Part shown: piece by piece, positions 9,884 through 19,594 of the stretch | Layout of the letters: each line of letters begins with the position of its first letter | Position numbering within the stretch: the stretch's first letter is position 1 | Source of the DNA: Candidatus Heimdallarchaeota archaeon | Lineage (GTDB): Archaea > Asgardarchaeota > Heimdallarchaeia > Heimdallarchaeales > Heimdallarchaeaceae | Direction: 5' to 3' | Length of the DNA stretch: 64,000 bases | NCBI GenBank assembly: GCA_021399345.1 | Contig: JAAFKI010000112.1 | Coordinates: forward strand, 128,001-192,000 | Made by a program: the position numbers and the translations under genes | The notes under the pieces: model-generated | Database searches by the model: none | What the model was told of the DNA's origin: nothing | Seen by the model: the letters and a program-made list of their open reading frames with translations, nothing else

Positions 9884-10798
9884 TCAAACAACAGGATTAT
9901 CATCAGAATATTCTTCCTTAATTATCTGATACCACTGACGGATTATTTTTGCAAAATTTTTAAAGGTATTCTGAACATTAGTACCTTCAGTTAAAGATAC
10001 CATCTCACTTACCACTATAGTCCCATAATTGCCCTCTAACTGTTCTCTAAAGAGTTCAACGACAGATTCAAATTCCTTCAACTCACTTTTCTCAAGTAAA
10101 TCAATTTTGGTTCCGAGGAGCAAGATAGGTGGGCACAGATCATAAGAATATACTTCAAGAAAAGTATCTAACCAATATTGTAATTTCTCAAATGTCTGAA
10201 GTTCAGTTACATCATATACTAGAACAACTCCAAAACTTGCTTTTGCATAAATCCACAGAGGAGAATCAGAAGGAATATCTAAAATAATGCATTCAAAATC
10301 AATATTAAAGTCATCAACAGATTGATTGATTTTTCCGAAATAAACGCCAGGAGCTGGCCTATTAAGTGATTCGCCAGTTAAAGCATAAACAAAAGATTGT
10401 TTTCCTGTTTTATCCTCACCAAGAATTACAATTCTAGCAGAGAATGTTTTCACTAAAACACTTTCAATTGTTTTTGGCTGTGGGATAACTTTAATTCTTG
10501 AAGTATCTGCAACTGCTGATCCTTCCTCCCATGCAAGATCACTATAACTAGGCACGTTTTTCAAGTACCAATTCCAAAATGATTCATGTAAATCATCGAT
10601 ATTGTCCCTAATCAATTCGTGGGCAAAAAACAAGGAGCTTCCCTCTTTTATGAAACCCCAGTTTTCAGGTCGGGAAAAAAAATAATCTTTGATTTCTTTT
10701 AAACTGATTTGGATTTTATCACTTAATTTCTCAGCATCAAAGTAGGAATTACTAAAAAGATAGTTATCTAATATCTCGCTAAGCTCTTCCTTTTGCAC
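9884..10798 (-). CDS. Degenerate Ras/Rab-fold GTPase with ~120 aa N-terminal extension
   Basis: RIVILGEDKTGKQS, VVLVYDVT, LLLGTKIDL, VSLTEGTNV; G3 region reads LDIPSD. Confidence 0.7.
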   Translation of the reverse strand: MQKEELSEILDNYLFSNSYFDAEKLSDKIQISLKEIKDYFFSRPENWGFIKEGSSLFFAHELIRDNIDDLHESFWNWYLKNVPSYSDLAWEEGSAVADTSRIKVIPQPKTIESVLVKTFSARIVILGEDKTGKQSFVYALTGESLNRPAPGVYFGKINQSVDDFNIDFECIILDIPSDSPLWIYAKASFGVVLVYDVTELQTFEKLQYWLDTFLEVYSYDLCPPILLLGTKIDLLEKSELKEFESVVELFREQLEGNYGTIVVSEMVSLTEGTNVQNTFKNFAKIIRQWYQIIKEEYSDDNPVV

Positions 10799-10900
10799 GT
10801 AGTAACCCCCAAGTTATATCGAATCTTAAACTAATCTCAAGATATGCGAACTAAATTTAATATAGGTGCAATGTATTAAAACTTGCTTGTAATTTCTAAA

Positions 10901-11344
10901 TCAAAGAGGCTTCTGAGGGCAAGGGATGGATTTCATCATTGCGTAAGTTTTTTCAGCAGTTTGTAATGACATTCTTAAAAGTTTAATCTCTTCGTTGTTC
11001 AAACCTGCATCTCTAAGTTCAGAAGTAAATGTTTTAGGTGAAATCATGAACCTTCTCCAATTGTCATTTACCTTTAGAAGCTTCTCCATCTTTTTTCTGG
11101 TATTATAGAGATAAGGTCGATTCTTGAAATGTATGAGTGCTTTTCGTATTTCACCCCGTACTATTTCTGCATTTTTTGGTTCAACCTTGCTTTCATTTTC
11201 TTCCAGAAAATGAGTTATTTCCTTAAGAATAGAAGGTTCTATTTCTTCAGTTGAGGGGAAGATACAATTTAAAGCTATATCAATAAACTCCTCAGTATCC
11301 ATTTCAAATGTCATTGTTATGTTTAAAGAACTGAAAAATATCAT
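10901..11344 (-). CDS. Hypothetical helical protein (start may be ~11314)
   Basis: 147-codon ORF filling the gap with the same orientation as its neighbours; no motif recognised. Confidence 0.55.
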   Translation of the reverse strand: MIFFSSLNITMTFEMDTEEFIDIALNCIFPSTEEIEPSILKEITHFLEENESKVEPKNAEIVRGEIRKALIHFKNRPYLYNTRKKMEKLLKVNDNWRRFMISPKTFTSELRDAGLNNEEIKLLRMSLQTAEKTYAMMKSIPCPQKPL

Positions 11345-11437
11345 AAAAGCACATGAGATAGAGATATGATTGTAGACATATTCCCAGTATTACACTTCAG
11401 ATTTTTGAGAAACAATCCTGTTAATTAAAATGTATTT

Positions 11438-13984
11438 TCACACATATGCATCATATTCTGCATAGTTATCTATAATCTTCAATTTAGATTGATTTAGAAG
11501 TTTTATTGATTCAATTGCACCAGTCTTGCTCAAAGGTTGATTGTTGTTACCACATTGGTAAGAATAAGTGCATCTTGGACAACCATCAGAGGTTTTACAA
11601 GTGCAGTTTTCCAGAATTTTCAGTGAACGGTTGAGACCTTCTTCTAGCTTATCATATAGAAGTTTGGATAATCCACTTCCACCTTTTGAGCCATCATATA
11701 CAAAAATTGCTCCAGATTTACCCATAGATATTCCTCCAATCTCAGAACTTCCGCCTCCAGTTAACATTGAACTAGATTCAATCACAACATGTTCAACTGC
11801 GTGAAAGGTTCCATTTAGCAAAAGATCTTCGGGTATGTTTGCAAAAGTGTTTAGAAGATTTATTGGTTTTGGCATTGTGAACATGAATCCTTTTGTTCGA
11901 AAAGAGTAAATTATGGGGTCATCAAATTTTTTCGTTTCAAGAAGTTTGTTTGTAAAAATATCATTGACATTATAACCAGTAACTTGTTCAGTTATTTTCA
12001 AATCACAGTAGATAACCTCAGTTCCAAGAACCTTTTTTCTTTCATTCACGGCCAATATAGATGGAATTGCATATCGATTAGCCGTTGTTTTTTGATTTAT
12101 AGGGGGTATAGGCTGCAAGAGTATTTCTCCACCACCAAATCGATTATCATACTTGAAAGTTGAAGACCTGTAATGTTTACCTCCATGGAGATATATAGCC
12201 CCAGGATGTAATTCTCTAGCAGCCATGGGCATTGATCTTTCCCCTAATCTTTTACCAGTTTTATCTTTTAGCAATAAAGTATCCCCAATCCCCCTTATTG
12301 AATAAGCTCGTAATAGTCGCAATATATCAGTTCTAGATTTAGCTTTATATCCCCCATCTGCTGTTTTCAGCAGTTTTTCTTCTCCCTCTAATTGTGTTAA
12401 CATGGTTTTGTGTTCAGTGAATTCTTCTTGTTCTATTGGTTTTTCCAAGACAGCAGCTAAAAGCTGATAATAGGAAACAATTTCATTTTTAGGTTCAACA
12501 TATCCTTGTCTGATGTCAGCAAAGTATGTTTCTGGATAAACTGAATAGAATGTGCTAATGGGGTCATCGTTTCTTAGAATCAGAGAACCAATTGATTCTT
12601 GTCCTTTTCTTCCAGCTCTTCCCAATCTTTGTATAAAACTTGTAATATTGACAATAGAGGAGACTACGCCATCAACATCACCAATATCAATCCCTAATTC
12701 TAGTGTTGGTGTTGACACTAACGCGTCCAAATCGCCTTCCCTAAATTTCTGTTCTACTTTGTTTCTATACTGTCTTGTTAGACCAGCTCTGTGAACAGCT
12801 GATCTTATTCTTGCAGAACGTAAAAGCAAATTTATTATCTCAGCGTTTTTATGACTGTTCTGAAAACAGAGTGTCTTATGACCGGAAGTTACCAGTTGTC
12901 TTGTTATCTCTGAGGTTATGGTATATTGACTGACATTCCAAGGGATTGTAATCAACAAATGGGTTGGTGCTTTTCTAGCTTCTTCAACTATAATTGCTGT
13001 TACTTCTCTATCAAAAAGCTGAGAAGAAAAGTCAAGTGCATTGCCAATTGTTGCAGAAGATCCAATGAATTGGATTTTATTAGATACAAGTCTTTGAAGT
13101 CGTTTTAAAATAAAATAGAGATTAGATCCGAAAGCACCTATAGCTACATGAATTTCATCAATAATTATGAATTTGAGATTTCTTATTATTGAAACAAAAG
13201 GTAAATTTCTCATATGATAATGTAGCATGTCAGGATTAGTGATAAGAATATCAGGAGGAGATTCAAGAATCTTTTCTCTCTTTGTTTTAGGAGTATCACC
13301 GTCATATACTTCACAAGTGATTCCCAAAGGATTCCCATATTTCTTGATTTTCTTCTCTTGATCTTTGGCTAGGGCTTTTGTTGGATATATGATAAGCGCA
13401 GATAAACCCCTTCTCTGGAGTGGATGGGAAGCTTTATTCCAAATCTGTGTTAAAACGGGCAATGTAAAAGCTTCAGTTTTTCCTGTCCCTGTGGGGGCTA
13501 CAATAACAATATCTTCTCCTTTATCAATTAAATCAAAAGCTTCTTGTTGAAATTCATATAGAGAGACCAAATTATTTTTACTTAGAAAGGAACTCAATTT
13601 TTCTGGAAATTCCATCTTTTTTGAGCTATGTTTGGGGAATTTTTGCTCCAGAAATCCATAGTAGATTAACTCAATATCAGGATTGTTAATTATGTTCTTA
13701 ATTGCGGAAGGAATTTTTTGTGGATCATATCCTCCGTTTTGTATTAGTTTTCTCTTCTCCTCCTTTGTTTTCCTTGGAACAGGGAAGAGATTTTCCTCTT
13801 TTTTCTTTTTTAATTGCTTTGCTAAATCCCTTCGAGATTGCTTAGAATCTACTAATTGAGTGTATGCTTCAGTTTTATCAGTAACAAAAATTGTTTCTTT
13901 AAGACCGCAAAAATTACATTGAAACAGAAAGGAATTTGATTGTCTTGTTACATTCAAATCTTTTTTGCAGTCTGGACATTTCAT
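11438..13984 (-). CDS. DEAD/DEAH-box helicase with C-terminal DUF1998 (Hrq1/MrfA/SftH-like) and N-terminal zinc finger
   Basis: Q-motif LYEFQ, APTGTGKT, YPTKALAKDQ, TNPDML, DEIH, SAT, TLELGIDIG, QRLGRAGR; HAVEH and C-x-C-x4-C-x2-C..C cluster; N-terminal CPDC/CNFC. Confidence 0.9.
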   Translation of the reverse strand: MKCPDCKKDLNVTRQSNSFLFQCNFCGLKETIFVTDKTEAYTQLVDSKQSRRDLAKQLKKKKEENLFPVPRKTKEEKRKLIQNGGYDPQKIPSAIKNIINNPDIELIYYGFLEQKFPKHSSKKMEFPEKLSSFLSKNNLVSLYEFQQEAFDLIDKGEDIVIVAPTGTGKTEAFTLPVLTQIWNKASHPLQRRGLSALIIYPTKALAKDQEKKIKKYGNPLGITCEVYDGDTPKTKREKILESPPDILITNPDMLHYHMRNLPFVSIIRNLKFIIIDEIHVAIGAFGSNLYFILKRLQRLVSNKIQFIGSSATIGNALDFSSQLFDREVTAIIVEEARKAPTHLLITIPWNVSQYTITSEITRQLVTSGHKTLCFQNSHKNAEIINLLLRSARIRSAVHRAGLTRQYRNKVEQKFREGDLDALVSTPTLELGIDIGDVDGVVSSIVNITSFIQRLGRAGRKGQESIGSLILRNDDPISTFYSVYPETYFADIRQGYVEPKNEIVSYYQLLAAVLEKPIEQEEFTEHKTMLTQLEGEEKLLKTADGGYKAKSRTDILRLLRAYSIRGIGDTLLLKDKTGKRLGERSMPMAARELHPGAIYLHGGKHYRSSTFKYDNRFGGGEILLQPIPPINQKTTANRYAIPSILAVNERKKVLGTEVIYCDLKITEQVTGYNVNDIFTNKLLETKKFDDPIIYSFRTKGFMFTMPKPINLLNTFANIPEDLLLNGTFHAVEHVVIESSSMLTGGGSSEIGGISMGKSGAIFVYDGSKGGSGLSKLLYDKLEEGLNRSLKILENCTCKTSDGCPRCTYSYQCGNNNQPLSKTGAIESIKLLNQSKLKIIDNYAEYDAYV

Positions 13985-14109
13985 TGAAATACCTCTCTAT
14001 GTATTATCAGTATTATAATTAATAAAGTTGCAGAGTGCAACATCTTAAAGGATATTTAATGGATAGGTTTAAAATAAGTTATTTGTGTATCGGCACAAGG
14101 TAAGAAAAA

Positions 14110-14367
14110 ATGGCTTCTCAAAGAGTATGTAAATGGAAGCAAGGGATGACTGGAAGAAGTCCTGAAGGAAAGACGCAACAAGTAAAATTTCCCTGCAGAT
14201 ATCCCACAGAAGAACTTACAACCGATTTATGTACATTGTGTCTTCTAGGCGATTTATTTGCAATGTTTTATGCACAGTCAATGAGTTTCAAGAAAAGTTC
14301 AGACATGCAGGAAGAAATTATGGCTTTTCTAAAAGGTTTCACTTCAGAAGATTTTGATATGAGATGA
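14110..14367 (+). CDS. Small Cys-containing hypothetical protein
   Basis: 85 aa, four Cys including CTLC, AAGGT upstream, divergent from the helicase. Confidence 0.6.
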   Translation: MASQRVCKWKQGMTGRSPEGKTQQVKFPCRYPTEELTTDLCTLCLLGDLFAMFYAQSMSFKKSSDMQEEIMAFLKGFTSEDFDMR

Positions 14368-14407
14368 TTACATATCTAATTTTATCATCAATGAATCCAA
14401 ATTAATG

Positions 14408-17400
14408 TTATTTTCTAAAGCGTGAGATAAAGATCACAATCACTAAAACACCAGCTAATGCTCCAGTACTTATGAGAGTGTAAAGCCAAGGGAGTGATGA
14501 GAAAGTAATTTCACTATATTTCTCTGAAAATGGTAAATTGATTTTAATAACTGGTGAGAATGAAATCCATAGAAACTTATTTTGATCACTTTCACTCACA
14601 TTTGCAGGAGAAGTCTTAATTGAGAGGTTCATTATATCTTGTGTACTGCTATCAGATTGGATTTCAGTTGATTGAAAATCTGTTGGACGTATTTCGTAAA
14701 TTGAATCATAATTAATTATTATTGGAGGGATAATGAAATCTTCAGCTAAATCAGAAAGCTGAATTCTAATAACTATTCTATCCCCTGGATAAAGGGTTGT
14801 ATTTGTATAACTAATCAGAATGAAATCAGCTCTTGATGTAATCACTGGAGAAAGTATTTGTTCGTCATCATTTTCTAAAATTATTGTGCAGTTTATTTCA
14901 TCAATTTCAGCTGTCTCCTTACCAAACATTTGAGATATTCTCACTTCAGTTGGAGAAAGACCAGTATTTTCAATTTCATATTCAATATACATTGACCGAT
15001 CATTTTCATGTAAAGTATAGTCTGATGCTACAACAATCTCTGGAACGGGAAAACTTGGTCTTAATACATTTTCGAGCGAAATTGGTGGAAATAGTATTCC
15101 AAACGTTAATGTGGAAGTTAGCAAATTTACAGTTTCACCACCGTAAATCCAAGGAACTGTAGCATCAATCCAAGGAACATAAATTTGCTCTGCTGGTTGA
15201 TTCAAATCAGAAATGAAGCTAATTACTGCTACATATGTATTCAAACCAATATAGCTGTTTGCATTAATTGAGAACTCTTGATTTATAGTCTCTCCAACTT
15301 CAATTGCATCGATATCAAAGGATTTCACTACACTCATATCAGTTGGTAACCATAGGTAATTCAGCCTGAGATTTACAATATCAACATGAATATTATAAGC
15401 TCCAGTTGTCCCTAAATTATTGATTTCAAGGGTGAAAGGAACGATCTCTCCCACTCTGTAAGTTGTCCCGTTTATATTTAATATGCTTTCAAGAACAGCT
15501 TCATCATCACCTAATTGAAAATTCAAACCATTGGTTAGCCCATAATAATCTCTACCAGAAGAATCAAAATACTGATAACGACTCCCTAATGAAACAAAGG
15601 AATCAGTTATTGAATCATAGATACTCAAGAATCTACCTGCGCTGTTTAAACTGGTGAATAAAGCCAGCATTAATGTTTTATAATCGCATTCAACTGTTTG
15701 AAAAACAGTATAATCTTCTAGAATAGTAGAAGCTGGAAAAACTGAAAAGAATCCGAACCTGTCTGCAGAAGTAGGAATATCTGTAATTGACCAGAAAACT
15801 TCATAACTCTCATTAACATCAAGATCTGGAATTTTACATTCTAAGTATCCTCCAAACATAGTGGAATTTTTGTAACTGAAATCTGTAGAACTGAATTGGA
15901 AGAGTGTTTTGTTCTTGTAGAATTCATTGAATACAATGTTGTAAGCATCATTTACTGCAAGTTGCAGTTGTTCATTTATTAGTGGTTCATAATAGGACCA
16001 ATTTGCTGCTATTTTTAATATCCCAATATCCAATATTGGAGAAATTCTTGCCAATACAGCATTATACAAATCCTCCGATAAACCGTTTGTAGAATCAATA
16101 GTCACATATTCATTAATCTCTAAAGTTGTGTTATCCAACCATCTTTCAAGAGAAAGAGTAGTAGTGTTTTCATACCAACCTCTTATATCAAGAATGAATA
16201 TTTGAAAATTATGCATACTATACTGAATATCTAATGTTACCCCTGAGTTGAAAGACTCGTTAATTTGTAAATCATCATGTAGAACTGGAACCTCAAGTCC
16301 TTCTTGAATAAATAATTCCAAATCCCCAGGGATTGGGAAAATAATAGTTGTGTCATTAGCTGTATCGGTTCCAGTATTCTCGATCTCATAAGTCATATTT
16401 AAAATCCCATCATTCTCAAGTAAGAAATCGGAATATGAATTTGATACTGCAATCCTTGGAAAGACAAATTCATCATAAGAGAAGGGATAATAGATTATTT
16501 CAGGATTAAAGGAATCATGAACAATTGTACTGAAAAATTTGAGCACCCATTCAAAAGAACCAGTTGTTGAGCCACCTACATTATCAGGTGGGGGGGATAC
16601 ACTAGTTACATTTGCCAAAAACGGCATGCTAAATGAAAATTTTGATACAAACGCATTAGTCTTAGGGATTAAAGAAGAGTGTAAAGATAAGCTTAAATCA
16701 AAAATTCTCTGATTACCAATGGTTTGAATTTTATTTTCTTGTGCAACAACTGCAGTCCTGATGATTCGTGTAATGATTCCAAGTCTTTTTACCAGAGAAA
16801 AACCAAATGCATAAACTGTAGGGGACTCAATTAACATATCCTCGATTATACCTACAGAGTTGCCATTCTCTTCTTGATAGTCAGATTTGAAAATGGCATC
16901 AAATAAAATTAATGCTTGTGAGTATGAAATTGGAGCCACTAGATATAAAACCGTATCAACGAGAGAGGGATTTTGAATATTGAAAACGCCCAAACTTATA
17001 TTATAAAATTGTTGAACAACACTATTCACAAATTGATATATTGCCTTAATACGTTCGTAGTTTTGTGTTCTCAGTGTAAGTTTGATCACTAAACCATCGG
17101 GATACTTCCAGAGAGGATTAGTCCAAATTTTTGAAAATGAGGATTGGTTTGCTACAATGAAATCAATTTGATTGACATATGTGAGTTCGGATCTAGAAAG
17201 GTCAAGAGGTGTTTGAAGTAAACCCCCATCTAGCTCTAGAGAAGCTATAATAGAGTCGGCTTTTCCAACAATAATATCAAATTTTTCTTGAAAAAGAAGT
17301 AATTGTTCTTCAGCCATTACAAAGGATGGGGTTGTATTAGAACTAGCAGAATAAGCACCCCCAATAAGAATAGGTGTTGATACTATAGAAGAGAGGAATA

Positions 17401-17476
17401 AAATGAGTACCACAAGAATTTTATGAAATGGTGGGGCTATTCTATTCTTTAAATGTTGGAGTTTTTTGGTACTCAT
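14408..17476 (-). CDS. Large secreted/surface glycoprotein with three CARDB/S-layer-type Ig-like domains and a C-terminal TM anchor
   Basis: N-terminal hydrophobic signal; repeats YEIENTG..A, LEINNLG..A, YEIENTG; tail LYTLISTGALAGVLVIVIFISRFRK. Confidence 0.7.
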   Translation of the reverse strand: MSTKKLQHLKNRIAPPFHKILVVLILFLSSIVSTPILIGGAYSASSNTTPSFVMAEEQLLLFQEKFDIIVGKADSIIASLELDGGLLQTPLDLSRSELTYVNQIDFIVANQSSFSKIWTNPLWKYPDGLVIKLTLRTQNYERIKAIYQFVNSVVQQFYNISLGVFNIQNPSLVDTVLYLVAPISYSQALILFDAIFKSDYQEENGNSVGIIEDMLIESPTVYAFGFSLVKRLGIITRIIRTAVVAQENKIQTIGNQRIFDLSLSLHSSLIPKTNAFVSKFSFSMPFLANVTSVSPPPDNVGGSTTGSFEWVLKFFSTIVHDSFNPEIIYYPFSYDEFVFPRIAVSNSYSDFLLENDGILNMTYEIENTGTDTANDTTIIFPIPGDLELFIQEGLEVPVLHDDLQINESFNSGVTLDIQYSMHNFQIFILDIRGWYENTTTLSLERWLDNTTLEINEYVTIDSTNGLSEDLYNAVLARISPILDIGILKIAANWSYYEPLINEQLQLAVNDAYNIVFNEFYKNKTLFQFSSTDFSYKNSTMFGGYLECKIPDLDVNESYEVFWSITDIPTSADRFGFFSVFPASTILEDYTVFQTVECDYKTLMLALFTSLNSAGRFLSIYDSITDSFVSLGSRYQYFDSSGRDYYGLTNGLNFQLGDDEAVLESILNINGTTYRVGEIVPFTLEINNLGTTGAYNIHVDIVNLRLNYLWLPTDMSVVKSFDIDAIEVGETINQEFSINANSYIGLNTYVAVISFISDLNQPAEQIYVPWIDATVPWIYGGETVNLLTSTLTFGILFPPISLENVLRPSFPVPEIVVASDYTLHENDRSMYIEYEIENTGLSPTEVRISQMFGKETAEIDEINCTIILENDDEQILSPVITSRADFILISYTNTTLYPGDRIVIRIQLSDLAEDFIIPPIIINYDSIYEIRPTDFQSTEIQSDSSTQDIMNLSIKTSPANVSESDQNKFLWISFSPVIKINLPFSEKYSEITFSSLPWLYTLISTGALAGVLVIVIFISRFRK

Positions 17477-17573
17477 CTAACATTCCCCTCAATATTTCTT
17501 ATGTTTACGTTTATTGATAAACATTTATTTCTATAAATTTTAAAGTATTCAGTTCTAATTTTCTCGAACTTCG

Positions 17574-18443
17574 TCATATTGAGACCTCCAATAGGTTCAT
17601 TATTATGAACGATAAGGCATTAATCATAAAAACCACAAATAGAGCAGTCAGTCCTGCCTTTTCAAATCTTATTTCTTTAATAACTACTATGGCTTCTAAA
17701 AGAAAACCTACAAAAAATAATTGAAAAATAAAAATCAAAATGATAAACCAGACATCAAGCTCAAAAAGTGAAGTAGGGTCCGTAAAATCAAAAACAAATG
17801 ATAGAATCACAGTTAGTAAAATCATTGGAATTTGCACTACAATAACGCTTTGTAGCAGAGCTAGTTTTCCTGAAGTTTTACGAAATAGTAGAGAAAGTAA
17901 AGCCTCACAAATCAAATAAGTAACAACTGTGGTAATCATGAAGATGAAAGGAGCAACGAAATCAGGTGTTATGAATGAAGGGAATAAAAATATAGGAACA
18001 GCTGATATGAAATATGTTGAAACGAGCAATCCTAAGAACAGAAGGAGAGTAAAACCAAGTGATCTAATTGGATCATTTTTTATAAATTTAAAAACTGGAC
18101 GAAGGAAAATATAGTGTAAAAAGGCAAACTTTCCATAAGCTACTTGGCTTGGTGCTGAAACGTCCAATTCATCCTCAATCAATGCATAAGAGCGTTTTCC
18201 TTGTTCTGTTAAGAAATATCGTTTTGTAGAATCCTGTGAAATCAGAAATCCTAGAGTATCAAGATGGTGATAAAGTGTACCTACTTTCATATGAAAGCGA
18301 TCTTGAATCTCTGTGAAGGAAACAATCTTCCCTTCTCCAATAAAGCATAATAAATCTCTTCTAATTTGATTAGAGAGAGCTTTCCAAATTTCAGGAGAAG
18401 ATTGTTTCTTAGAATTCATATTACTAATAAGTAAAATGGACAA
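17574..18443 (-). CDS. ArsR-like winged-helix regulator fused to a 5-6 TM (Yip1-like) membrane domain
   Basis: ALSNQIRRDLL...SFTEI...GTLYHHLDTL...YFLTEQG HTH, then multiple TM helices. Confidence 0.7.
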   Translation of the reverse strand: MSILLISNMNSKKQSSPEIWKALSNQIRRDLLCFIGEGKIVSFTEIQDRFHMKVGTLYHHLDTLGFLISQDSTKRYFLTEQGKRSYALIEDELDVSAPSQVAYGKFAFLHYIFLRPVFKFIKNDPIRSLGFTLLLFLGLLVSTYFISAVPIFLFPSFITPDFVAPFIFMITTVVTYLICEALLSLLFRKTSGKLALLQSVIVVQIPMILLTVILSFVFDFTDPTSLFELDVWFIILIFIFQLFFVGFLLEAIVVIKEIRFEKAGLTALFVVFMINALSFIIMNLLEVSI

Positions 18444-18466
18444 TCTGTAATTTAAAACTTGGCTTA

Positions 18467-19594
18467 TTATTGATGTCTCTTGATTATGTTGTATAGAGTA
18501 TTTCGCTGCACAGGAATCCTGTTTGCATCACGTATAAGTTCCACAAATTCTTCAATACTTTTTTCTTCTCCAAAAGTACCTCCTGCACTTTTAGTGATTT
18601 CTTCTGTAAAAATGGTTCCACCTAAATCATTCACTCCAGAACCTAATATTACTTGGGAAAATTTTGGGCCCAACTTTACCCATGAAACTTGAAGATTGGG
18701 GATTACCTCTCCTAAATACAGTCTTGCAGTACTGAATAATGCCAAGTCGTGCATCCCCGTACTACTTGGACGAGCTCCAAAGTATTTGTAGAGAACAGTA
18801 TTTGTATGTACAAACGGAAGAGGAACAAATTCAGTAAAACCATTTGAGATTGATTGTATGTGTTTTATTATTGCTAAATGTTCTGCTTCATCAGTAAGAG
18901 ATTCTATGTGGCCATACATCATTGTAGAAGTTGATTTTAAACCACTTAAATGGCCAGTTATTACAATATTTGCCCATTGTTCTGTCGATATTTTATCGGG
19001 ACAGATAATCTTTCTAACATCATCTACAAGAATTTCTGCAGCTGTTCCTGGAAAGGAATCAAGTCCATGATTAGCTAAATCTTTGAATACATCCTCAACA
19101 TTTTCTTCAGATATTTGAGACAAATAAGCTATTTCTGAAGGGGAAAAACCATGGATGTGAATATCATAGGATACAGATTTAATTGTTTTTAGAAGTCCAA
19201 CATAATAATCATAATTCAGCTTAGGATCTAGTCCACCCTGTATGCAAATTTCTGTACACCCGCGAGCTACTGCTTTTTCGGCTTCTAGTTTGATATCATC
19301 AAGAGACAGTCTAGAGTTAGCAACATCCTCTGTTTCACCTCTTAAAATATAAGAGCAGAATCTACAAGTCCCCAAACAATGACGAGAAAAATTGATATTT
19401 TGATTAACCACAAATGAAACATTATCTCCAACTTGTTGAAACCGCAAATCATCAGCTAAAGAGGTTTGAATCCAAAGTTCTTTTCCTCTTTTTTTCAACA
19501 TTTTTGTAAGATCATTAATTTCTTCTTGGTGTGATTCTTTGAATGTAGCTAAATCACATACAAAATCAATTTTCGGAGGTGCTAAATTTTTCAT
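18467..19594 (-). CDS. cofH: FO synthase subunit 2 (radical SAM)
   Basis: VVNQNINFS, CLGTCRFC, TEICIQGG, HIHGFSPSEI, PGTAAEIL, STMMYGH, FTEFVPLPF, QVSWVKLG, NDLGGT. Confidence 0.92.
   Translation of the reverse strand: MKNLAPPKIDFVCDLATFKESHQEEINDLTKMLKKRGKELWIQTSLADDLRFQQVGDNVSFVVNQNINFSRHCLGTCRFCSYILRGETEDVANSRLSLDDIKLEAEKAVARGCTEICIQGGLDPKLNYDYYVGLLKTIKSVSYDIHIHGFSPSEIAYLSQISEENVEDVFKDLANHGLDSFPGTAAEILVDDVRKIICPDKISTEQWANIVITGHLSGLKSTSTMMYGHIESLTDEAEHLAIIKHIQSISNGFTEFVPLPFVHTNTVLYKYFGARPSSTGMHDLALFSTARLYLGEVIPNLQVSWVKLGPKFSQVILGSGVNDLGGTIFTEEITKSAGGTFGEEKSIEEFVELIRDANRIPVQRNTLYNIIKRHQ

Noticed and set aside
11438-13984. DUF1998 helicase as part of an anti-phage system (DISARM/Druantia)
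   Set aside because: No methylase, PLD nuclease or SNF2 partner is adjacent; size and motifs fit the housekeeping Hrq1/MrfA-type repair helicase.
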